The translations under genes were made by a program, and so were the position numbers. Below the pieces are notes generated by a model. It was not told where the DNA came from. It made no database searches and saw only the letters and a list, made by a program, of their open reading frames with translations. Shown here one piece after another: positions 1 to 5,986 of a stretch of DNA of 6,065 nucleotides (the stretch's first letter is position 1; the number at the start of each line of letters is the position of its first letter). Source of the DNA: a virus (taxonomy: Duplodnaviria > Heunggongvirae > Uroviricota > Caudoviricetes); IMG/VR virus record IMGVR_UViG_638341086_000005; one strand, given 5' to 3'.

Positions 1-66
1 ATACATGTTGATTACACTATGCATCGACAACGATGCCACATTTTTGGCTGGTTGGCAAATCTGTCA

Positions 67-252
67 TCAGGGCGGACAACAACGCCACGATCTCATCTTT
101 CTTGGGCAATTTTTAAGAAAATCCTCAAGGGCAAATCTTTTTGGCCTTGCTTCCTGTTCATGGTCAGGCATTTCATCCATTTCTCTTAATTTTTTTTCTA
201 CCTGTCTTTCAAGTATGGATAATGCGATTTCCCGTAATTCTTCGTTGTTCAT
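67..252 (-). CDS. hypothetical small protein (61 aa), second gene of leftward regulatory operon
   Basis: Minus-strand ORF with strong SD AGGAG 6-7 nt upstream of ATG (revcomp of 253-270 = ...caggagtagacaATG). Charged, helical-looking N-terminus (MNNEELREIALSILERQVEKKLREM...). Sits 57 nt downstream of the 310..507 gene on the same strand. No family recognised. Confidence 0.5.
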   Translation of the reverse strand: MNNEELREIALSILERQVEKKLREMDEMPDHEQEARPKRFALEDFLKNCPRKMRSWRCCPP

Positions 253-309
253 TGTCTACTCCTGTAAAGAAATGCGCCGTAGTTCCTCACACCACGGCGC
301 TGATAGTGA

Positions 310-507
310 TTATTCTGATTCTTTGGCCTTCCGGCGCTGTTCATATTTTAATTTGCGTCCACAGGCATCTAAGACCCATGCGGAAAAATTAGCACTAGGA
401 TTAGTTAATTTTTCTTGTTCAACGCTGGCATCAATCCCATCTATAAGCTCATGTGGGAATCGAATATTTTTCTTTGCTGATTTGTTGTTTTTGTTACCGC
501 TAGACAT
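310..507 (-). CDS. YlcI/YnfO-like small DNA-binding protein (RHH-like), putative element regulator
   Basis: Minus-strand ORF, SD GAGGTG 6 nt upstream of ATG (revcomp of 508-525). Motifs NIRFPHELIDGIDA and NFSAWVLDACGRKL resemble, from memory, prophage YlcI/YnfO proteins and the helix-2 region of ribbon-helix-helix regulators. Positioned divergently from the rep operon next to the palindromic operators. Confidence 0.55.
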   Translation of the reverse strand: MSSGNKNNKSAKKNIRFPHELIDGIDASVEQEKLTNPSANFSAWVLDACGRKLKYEQRRKAKESE

Positions 508-534
508 TGATGCACCTCACTTAAATGGACTTTA

Positions 535-614
535 TGGGCGCACACAATACAGTAAAAAAAATGAGATGTTAAGTATTGACATGTGCGCACACATGATTTT
601 AATCTGTGCGCACA
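535..614. promoter_or_regulatory. divergent control region: three TGTGCGCACA palindromic operators overlapping a sigma70-like rightward promoter
   Basis: Perfect 10-bp palindrome TGTGCGCACA at 582-591 and 605-614; 9/10 copy TGGGCGCACA at 535-544. Candidate promoter: -35 TTGACA 576-581, 16-bp spacer that is mostly the palindrome, -10 TTTAAT 598-603; the third palindrome lies at the predicted start site. Lies between divergent genes 310..507(-) and 713..916(+). Confidence 0.55.
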
Positions 615-712
615 GTTTGAGTTTTGTTACTCAAATTAAGCAACGCCCCGCAGTGCTCGCAACACATGCAGGGCGTCTAACCACCAACGATAGCAACAGT
701 ATCGAGGCAGCT

Positions 713-916
713 ATGAGAAATCATACCACACACCCGCAAGGGCGGGACTCGCACAACCTGAATAAATACATCTGGCGTTTTATCGCCCTGAGCACGGCAC
801 AACCGCGCGTGATTACCATTGAGGCCACCAGCGAACAGGAAGCGCGTCAGCAATCTCCTGATGGCTGCGTGATGGTATTCGCCGCCCGTATTCGTCAGGG
901 GGTGTTCCATGCATGA
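713..916 (+). CDS. small protein (67 aa), Icd-like (host cell division inhibitor family) candidate
   Basis: In-frame ATG at 713 inside the spurious-looking long ORF 5..916, with GAGG 5 nt upstream (704-707). Sequence YIWRFIALSTAQPRVITIEATSEQEARQQ...VMVFAARI matches my recollection of Icd-like small proteins found upstream of primase genes in P4-like elements. Family assignment is from memory only. Confidence 0.5.
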   Translation: MRNHTTHPQGRDSHNLNKYIWRFIALSTAQPRVITIEATSEQEARQQSPDGCVMVFAARIRQGVFHA

Positions 917-1229
917 CATGACCAATTACCAGTACCTGATTAATCCGCATTTTAACTGTGAGCATGATATTGCTAAAAAGGTTTATTCCGCTGCGGATGG
1001 GGCTACTGACAATATATCAATGGCTGTTTCGTCAATTGGTAGCCTGATGTGGTATGCGTCAGAAAATAAGGAATATGACGAAAAGGCCATGCGCATTGAT
1101 ATGGGTAATATCGGTTTGTTACTGGCAATGCTTGGACAGTTTGATATTTCGTTACGGTGCACCATTGAAAATGCCACAGATGCATTAAATGCTATAAAGA
1201 AAGCGAATACTGATTTAAATCGGGGATAA
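909..1229 (+). CDS. hypothetical protein (106 aa), AT-rich orphan gene
   Basis: ORF whose ATG (909) overlaps the stop of the upstream gene by 8 nt (ATGCATGA); G-rich SD-like GGGGGTG at 896-902. Visibly more AT-rich than the rep gene. No family recognised. Confidence 0.5.
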   Translation: MHDMTNYQYLINPHFNCEHDIAKKVYSAADGATDNISMAVSSIGSLMWYASENKEYDEKAMRIDMGNIGLLLAMLGQFDISLRCTIENATDALNAIKKANTDLNRG

Positions 1230-1235
1230 ATAATC

Positions 1236-1535
1236 ATGAGAACATATTTATCTGGCTTGACTGCCAGCGGTTATGCACACCCCCAAATTATCCCCGGCGC
1301 TATTTATCTGGATAAGAACGGTAACAGAGTAACGGTAAAAGAACTGATGTTTGACCGTGTGTATTTTATCCGTGATGGCTATTCATTTCTTAGTTCGCTG
1401 AACGTGGAGATCTTTATTAGCAGATTCAGGCGGGAAATCCCGCTTTCCAGAAATAACCATGTGTCATGTATGGATGTTGATAAAAAACTACAGGAACTAA
1501 AAAACATGATTGCCGCGTGGAGAGAGCAGAAATGA
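1236..1535 (+). CDS. hypothetical protein (99 aa), AT-rich orphan gene
   Basis: ORF starting 7 nt after the previous stop. Its stop overlaps the rep start codon (ATGA at 1532-1535), indicating translational coupling into rep. AT-rich. No family recognised. Confidence 0.5.
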   Translation: MRTYLSGLTASGYAHPQIIPGAIYLDKNGNRVTVKELMFDRVYFIRDGYSFLSSLNVEIFISRFRREIPLSRNNHVSCMDVDKKLQELKNMIAAWREQK

Positions 1536-3655
1536 AAAAAGCGCCAAATTTAAAACACCAGCCACGTGACAAAATGACGGAAGTCATCATTTTTGCGGGT
1601 AGTGATGCGTGGGCACATGCGAAGCAGTGGCAGGAACAGGACGGGCGACTGGCTGGCGACAGCGTGCCTCCTGTCTGGCTTGGAGAGCAACAACTTGCCG
1701 AACTGGATAAGCTGCAAATTGTGCCGGAAGGCCGAAAATCAGTACGCATATTCAGGGCCGGACATCTTGAGCCAGTAATGATCAAGGCGATTGGTCAGAA
1801 GCTGGCGGCGGCAGGCGTACAGGATGCAAATTTTTACCCTGATGGAATGCACGGTCAGGAGGTGGAGAACTGGCGCGAATATCTAGCCCGTGAGCGGCAG
1901 AATCTTTCTGATGGTCTGGTTATTGAGTTTCCGGTAAAGAAAAAAGATACCGGAAGCCATAGCGATGACGAATTAAAGCCACGCGTTGAAAGTCGCGCCG
2001 ATGGTGTTTTCTGGGTAACGCCCAAAGTGGATAAGCAGTCAGGCGAAATTATCCGGCCTGAGACGTGGTTATGTTCTCCGCTTGAACTACTGGGAACGGG
2101 GACGATCGGTAAAGAGCATTACCGCGTGATGCGCTGGAAAAAAACCGCAAACCATGAAGTCATCACAATGGCGATCCCGTGTGGTGGTATCGGCGACCGT
2201 GACGGCTGGCGGTTACTTAAAGATCACGGGCTGAACGTGACAACCAACGGCAAATACAGGGCAATCCTGGCGGACTGGATGCAGTTAAGCGGAAGCCATG
2301 AGGAATGGCAGTTAAGCACAACAACGGGCTGGCATTTTGGCGCGTACATCATGCCGGACGGTTCGATCATTGGTGAATCTGAAAAACCGATCCTGTTTAC
2401 CGGAAAAAGCGCCGCGATTAACGGTTATTCCGTGGCGGGCACGGCGGATGGCTGGCGCGACAGCGTGGCGCGTCTGGCTGGCGGTAATGCCTCAATGATG
2501 CTGGGTGTGGCAACGTCACTGGCAGCGCCTTTAATTGGCCTTGTGGGTGCTGACGGCTTCGGGGTGCATCTTTTCGAACAGTCATCGGCAGGTAAGACCA
2601 CCACGCAGAACATCGCATCAAGTTTATGGGGAGAGCCGGACGCGCAGCGGCTGACCTGGTACGGCACGGCGTTAGGTATTGCCAATGAGGCCGAGGCCCA
2701 TAATGACGGGCTTTTACCACTGGATGAGATAGGCCAGGCCGGAAATGCGCGGGAAGTGTCAACGTCTGCTTATACGCTGTTTAACGGTTCAGGGAAATTG
2801 CAGGGGGCGAAGGATGGCGGCAACAGGGAGATCAAACACTGGCGAACGGTGGCAATCAGCACCGGAGAAATGGACGTTGAGACATTCCTCAAAAGTGAGG
2901 GGATAAAAGTTAAGGCGGGGCAGCTTGTCCGACTGCTTAACGTTCCGATGGAAAAAGCCACGAAATTTCACGAATACAGCAACGGTAAGGAACATGCTGA
3001 CGCGTTAAAGGATGCCTGGACAGCAAATCACGGGGCGGCGGGTCGTGAGTGGGTTAAATGGCTGGCAGGCCACCAGCAGGAGGCAAAGGATACGGTAAGG
3101 GAATGCCGCGAACGGTGGCGCAACCTGATACCGGAGAGCTACGGCGAGCAGGTCCACCGCGTGGGTGAACGTTTCGCCATACTGGAGGCCGCGCTTGTGC
3201 TTTCCGGTCATGTAACTGGCTGGGTCGTGCAGGAATGCCGCGACGCGATACAGCATAACTTTAATGCCTGGGTGAAGGAGTTCGGCACGGGTAACAGGGA
3301 ATTTAAACAGATGGTTGAACAGGCTGAGGCGTTTTTGTCGTCGTTTGGGTTTAGCCGCTACCTTCCGTACCCCAATACAGATGAGCGTGATTTACCGATT
3401 AAAGAGCTTGCCGGATACAGAAAAGGGAGCATTCGCAACGAAGATGACGAGATGCGCTATTACACGTTCCCGCACGTGTTTGAGAGTGAGATAGCGAAGG
3501 GATTTAATCCGGCGCATTTTGCGCGTGCCCTGGATGCTGCCGGAATGCTGGAGAAGGGAAGCGATCGCCGATACAAAAAAAAGGCGCTGGGCAAGATTGG
3601 GGGTAAGCAGCATGTTTTTTACGTGCTGATGTTCCAGCCTGATGATGAAGATTAA
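1532..3655 (+). CDS. replication initiator, primase/helicase-like P-loop NTPase (DUF927-type / satellite Pri-Rep-like)
   Basis: Longest ORF in the window. Probable start ATG 1532 (SD GGAGAGAG at 1519-1526) rather than the GTG at 1517. Walker A-like FEQSSAGKTTT (~2575-2607) and Walker B-like LLPLDEIG (~2710-2735). TTTGWHFGAYIMPDGSIIG segment resembles DUF927-type replication proteins. Followed directly by the iteron array, as expected for a cis-acting initiator. Confidence 0.8.
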   Translation: MKKAPNLKHQPRDKMTEVIIFAGSDAWAHAKQWQEQDGRLAGDSVPPVWLGEQQLAELDKLQIVPEGRKSVRIFRAGHLEPVMIKAIGQKLAAAGVQDANFYPDGMHGQEVENWREYLARERQNLSDGLVIEFPVKKKDTGSHSDDELKPRVESRADGVFWVTPKVDKQSGEIIRPETWLCSPLELLGTGTIGKEHYRVMRWKKTANHEVITMAIPCGGIGDRDGWRLLKDHGLNVTTNGKYRAILADWMQLSGSHEEWQLSTTTGWHFGAYIMPDGSIIGESEKPILFTGKSAAINGYSVAGTADGWRDSVARLAGGNASMMLGVATSLAAPLIGLVGADGFGVHLFEQSSAGKTTTQNIASSLWGEPDAQRLTWYGTALGIANEAEAHNDGLLPLDEIGQAGNAREVSTSAYTLFNGSGKLQGAKDGGNREIKHWRTVAISTGEMDVETFLKSEGIKVKAGQLVRLLNVPMEKATKFHEYSNGKEHADALKDAWTANHGAAGREWVKWLAGHQQEAKDTVRECRERWRNLIPESYGEQVHRVGERFAILEAALVLSGHVTGWVVQECRDAIQHNFNAWVKEFGTGNREFKQMVEQAEAFLSSFGFSRYLPYPNTDERDLPIKELAGYRKGSIRNEDDEMRYYTFPHVFESEIAKGFNPAHFARALDAAGMLEKGSDRRYKKKALGKIGGKQHVFYVLMFQPDDED

Positions 3656-3677
3656 TCCCCTGTGTGAGGAAAAAAAT

Positions 3678-3993
3678 TGCGGGTTATGCGGGTTATCCTG
3701 TGTATAAGTGTATTAAGTGCATGAATATAAAGGAAACCAATAACCCGCACGTAACCCGCAAAATGGCATTTATAACCCGCAAAAGCACGATTATAACCCG
3801 CAGGCGAATAACTGAAGTAACACCGGACAGTCATGCGTAACCCGCAGAAAAAACCCCGTTTGCGGGTTATTTTGAGCGTTTTGCGGGTTACGTGGTGAGC
3901 AAATAATAAACAGGGCGTTTTGCAAAATACTGATATAAAAGGATAAAAAATGGTTAGCACGCTAAGATAACCCAATAACCCGCATAACCCGCA
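3678..3993. repeat. iteron array / putative origin of replication (9-mer TAACCCGCA, 11 perfect copies, both orientations) with AT-rich tracts
   Basis: TGCGGGTTA at 3678-3686, 3687-3695, 3861-3869, 3882-3890. Reverse complement TAACCCGCA at 3741-3749, 3752-3760, 3773-3781, 3794-3802, 3838-3846, 3976-3984, 3985-3993, plus degenerate TAACCCAA at 3968-3975. Spacings of 9, 11, 21, 21 and 21 bp are near helical-turn multiples. AT-rich stretches at 3901-3960 and 4001-4013 (TATATATATAAAT) are candidate unwinding elements. No credible coding capacity (only a low-complexity antisense ORF). Confidence 0.75.
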
Positions 3994-4025
3994 CATGTTT
4001 CTATATATATAAATTGAGGTGGCAA

Positions 4026-4277
4026 ATGACCAGAACACGCAGAGACAGAACAGAGCCAAAATATAAAGCGTTAGACATGACTGAGCACACCTTAAAGGTG
4101 GCAATCAGAACGATAGACCGCCACACGCGGGAAGGATACGCGAAGGAACATCCCGACCTGATAAGCGCATTCATGACCACGGCGGCGGCAAACTTTGCCA
4201 CGCTGACAGAACGGGAGATTGCCGAAGCGGAACAGGTAACAACCATCAACGTTAAAACCGGAGAGGTGGAATCATGA
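4026..4277 (+). CDS. hypothetical protein (83 aa), translationally coupled to ssb
   Basis: ATG at 4026 with SD GAGGTGG at 4016-4022; the track's 4014 start is a TTG a few codons upstream. Stop overlaps the ssb start (ATGA at 4274-4277). No family recognised. Confidence 0.55.
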   Translation: MTRTRRDRTEPKYKALDMTEHTLKVAIRTIDRHTREGYAKEHPDLISAFMTTAAANFATLTEREIAEAEQVTTINVKTGEVES

Positions 4278-4684
4278 CAGCACAGATAGCGGCTTACGGT
4301 CGGCTGGTGGACGACCCGCAGGTAAAACAGACCAGCAAGGGCACACCGATGACGCTGGCGCGTATGGCGGTATCACTGCCATGCAGTCAGGCACAGGACG
4401 GACAGGCGACGTTATGGCTATCGGTCATCGCATTTGGTAAGCAGGCCGACTTCCTGGCTAAACATCAAAAAGGCGACGTTGCCAGCGTATCCGGCACGAT
4501 GCAGGTCAGCCAGTGGACCGGACAGAACGGGGAGACGCGTCAGGGTTATCAGGTTATTGCAGACAGCGTAATCAGTGCCCGTGCGGCACGTCCTGGCGGG
4601 AACAGACGCAAAACCACAGGCGCACAGGGTAATCAGCCACCAGCGGGAGGCGATGACCCTTACGGTGATGATATTCCGTTCTGA
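4274..4684 (+). CDS. ssb: single-stranded DNA-binding protein (SSB)
   Basis: OB-fold-like N-terminal region (GRLVDDPQVKQTSKGTPMTLARMAV...WLSVIAFGKQADFL...SVSGTMQVSQWTGQNGETRQGYQVIADSV), a Gly/Pro/Gln-rich linker, and the canonical acidic SSB tail ...DDPYGDDIPF at the C-terminus. SD GAGGTGGA at 4263-4270. Confidence 0.85.
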   Translation: MTAQIAAYGRLVDDPQVKQTSKGTPMTLARMAVSLPCSQAQDGQATLWLSVIAFGKQADFLAKHQKGDVASVSGTMQVSQWTGQNGETRQGYQVIADSVISARAARPGGNRRKTTGAQGNQPPAGGDDPYGDDIPF

Positions 4685-4694
4685 GGGGGTGACG

Positions 4695-4967
4695 ATGGTA
4701 CATGACCGCATAGCGGAAGAACTCGAAGCGAAAGGATTTTACCGGAGGGCGGCGGCGCGATGGGGTGAAGTCATGATGCTGGTGGAGACAGACAAGGAAC
4801 GGCATCACATCACGATGCGACGGCTGGAATGTTCCAGGAAGGCACAGAGGCCACCGGAGCCGCCGGATAATTACGGAGACCTGAAAAAGGCGGTCGATCG
4901 CACTTATGCCGAAATGGGTATGGATGGTGCTGGTGATGAAATATGGCGAAATTACCAGGACAGATAA
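4695..4967 (+). CDS. PerC-like small transcriptional activator family protein (90 aa)
   Basis: ATG 4695 with SD GAGGGGGTGA (4683-4692) just after the ssb stop; the track's 4575 start would overlap ssb out of frame. N-terminus MVHDRIAEELEAKGFYRRAAARWGEVMM resembles, from memory, PerC-family proteins encoded by E. coli prophages. Followed by an intrinsic terminator. Confidence 0.55.
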   Translation: MVHDRIAEELEAKGFYRRAAARWGEVMMLVETDKERHHITMRRLECSRKAQRPPEPPDNYGDLKKAVDRTYAEMGMDGAGDEIWRNYQDR

Positions 4968-4973
4968 TCACAC

Positions 4974-4996
4974 AGCCGGAGCAATCCGGCTTTTTG
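4974..4996 (+). terminator. rho-independent terminator ending the rep-ssb-perC-like transcription unit
   Basis: Stem AGCCGGA (4974-4980), loop GCAA, stem TCCGGCT (4985-4991), running into a T tract (TTTTTGT) 7 nt after the TAA stop at 4965-4967. Confidence 0.65.
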
Positions 4997-5117
4997 TCAT
5001 GTTTTGTAAATTATTTGTTCGTGGTTGTTCCACGTTGTTCGCTGACCGGATCGGCATATTTTACCCGAACTGAATCATGATTATTCTCGCCCGTGGTGCC
5101 AGGACGCTGGGGCCACT

Positions 5118-5163
5118 TTCCCGCCTGTTAATGTGCTCGCCAATATTCATTACCAGGCGGGAA
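5118..5163. promoter_or_regulatory. perfect 10-bp inverted repeat TTCCCGCCTG-N26-CAGGCGGGAA in the capsid-gene upstream region
   Basis: TTCCCGCCTG at 5118-5127 and its exact reverse complement CAGGCGGGAA at 5154-5163. No following U tract, so more likely a protein-binding dyad or RNA structure than a terminator. Confidence 0.35.
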
Positions 5164-5217
5164 AATGATCGGTGCGATTGCTGATTTCCTTATGAAAAAC
5201 GGTTGAGTGTTTGCCGC

Positions 5218-5254
5218 GTCCTGGAGTTCCTTACTTAACTTCAGGACTTTTTTT
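5218..5254 (+). terminator. terminator-like hairpin plus T7 tract abutting the capsid start codon; possible attenuator / RBS-sequestering leader structure
   Basis: Stem GTCCTGGAG (5218-5226) pairs with CTTCAGGAC (5239-5247): 9 bp with one G-U. 12-nt loop. Seven Ts at 5248-5254, then ATG at 5255. The only SD-like element for the capsid gene (AGGA 5243-5246) lies in the 3' arm of the stem. Confidence 0.4.
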
Positions 5255-5986
5255 ATGCCGAGAATAATCGAATTACGCCAGCAGAAAACCGCCATTAAAA
5301 ATCAGATGCGCGACATGCTGGAGAACGCGGAAAAAGAAAACCGCAGCCTTAACGATGCTGAGGGCGCAAAATTTGACGAATTACGCGCTAAAGCTGAATC
5401 CCTCGATAAAGACATTTCCCGCCTTGAAGCCATTGCAGACGAAGAGCGCAGTAAACCAGGCAAAAACAGCCAGACCACTGACCCCGCAGAACTACGCAAC
5501 TACATTCTGACAGGTGAAACCCGCGCATTAAGTACAGGCGTTCCCGCTGATGGTGGTTATACCGTTATCCCCGAACTGAACACCGAAATCATGCGAATGC
5601 TGGCGGATGAGTCCACCATGCGCCGCATCTGTACCGTGAAGAAAATCAGCAGCAACGAGTTTAAGCAGCTTGTTTCCGCTGGCGGTGCGACCGTTAACCA
5701 CGGTGAAGAGGGTAAGACACGCGAACAGACCAGCACCCCGCAGATTAACGAGGTGAGCATTAAGCTGTATCCGGTCTATGCGTACCCGCGCACCACACAG
5801 GAAATCGTGGATTTTTCCGATGTGGACATCCTTTCATGGCTGACGGGTGAGATTGGCGACACCTTCACGGAAACCGAAGAAAGCGATCTGGTTGTGGGCG
5901 ACGGTGACAAAAAGCAAAAGGTTTTTTATCCGTACCCCGTGCAGAGAAGAACGACAAAGAGCGTGATTTTGGTACGTTGCACGTAA
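5255..5986 (+). CDS. major capsid protein, HK97-type (N-terminal ~60%; reading frame interrupted near 5909-5914)
   Basis: ATG 5255 (the track's 5207 start is a GTG inside the hairpin). N-terminal coiled-coil-like delta-domain region (IIELRQQKTAIKNQMRDMLENAEKENRSLNDAEGAKFDELRAKAESLDKDISRLEAI) followed by GGYTVIPELNTEIMRMLADESTMRRICTV, typical of HK97-fold capsid proteins. In-frame product stops at 5986, but the ORF continues in the -1 frame (see next feature). Confidence 0.7.
   Translation: MPRIIELRQQKTAIKNQMRDMLENAEKENRSLNDAEGAKFDELRAKAESLDKDISRLEAIADEERSKPGKNSQTTDPAELRNYILTGETRALSTGVPADGGYTVIPELNTEIMRMLADESTMRRICTVKKISSNEFKQLVSAGGATVNHGEEGKTREQTSTPQINEVSIKLYPVYAYPRTTQEIVDFSDVDILSWLTGEIGDTFTETEESDLVVGDGDKKQKVFYPYPVQRRTTKSVILVRCT

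Noticed and set aside
5-916. 303-aa plus-strand ORF spanning the left end
   Set aside because: Most of it is low-complexity Ser/Cys/Leu-rich translation with no RBS, running antisense to two minus-strand genes that have strong SD sequences, and it crosses the palindromic promoter region. Only its last 67 codons (713..916), which have their own SD, look like a real gene.
1426-3613. Multiple 60-120-aa minus-strand ORFs inside the rep gene (1426..1785, 2418..2762, 2425..2685, 2770..2961, 2789..2995, 3005..3256, 3392..3613)
   Set aside because: These are shadow ORFs antisense to a long, well-supported coding frame, Pro/Arg/Ser-rich as expected from the GC-rich opposite strand, with no convincing RBS.
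3693-3701. DnaA-box-like TTATCCTGT near the first iteron pair
   Set aside because: It is a 7/9 match to the DnaA-box consensus, in a single copy. That is too weak to call without a search or binding data.
3678-3993. Possible CRISPR array suggested by the short repeated motif
   Set aside because: Repeats are only 9 bp, occur in both orientations, have irregular 9-44 bp spacing and no regular unique spacers. This fits iterons, not CRISPR.
3652-4104. 150-aa minus-strand ORF across the intergenic region after rep
   Set aside because: It is a translation of the iteron and AT-rich repeat region (Cys/Leu/Phe-rich, repetitive) with no RBS. The region is better explained as a non-coding origin.
4575-4694. 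Upstream extension of the PerC-like ORF (track start 4575)
   Set aside because: The extension overlaps the 3' end of ssb in another frame. An ATG with a good SD at 4695, right after the ssb stop, is a far more plausible start.
4572-4808. Minus-strand ORFs overlapping the ssb / perC-like region (4418..4711, 4572..4808)
   Set aside because: They are antisense to two well-supported genes, His/Arg-rich, with no RBS; likely non-coding.
5014-5040. Similarity of the phased TGTTC repeats to the P4 ori octamer TGTTCACC
   Set aside because: Only the 5-bp core matches and the flanks differ. The element's actual iterons are the TAACCCGCA 9-mers next to rep, so this is kept only as a possible regulator-binding site.
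5207-5254. GTG start at 5207 for the capsid gene
   Set aside because: It would begin inside the hairpin/U-tract structure and add a hydrophobic 16-aa leader (MFAASWSSLLNFRTFF). The ATG at 5255 with AGGA 8 nt upstream is the better start.
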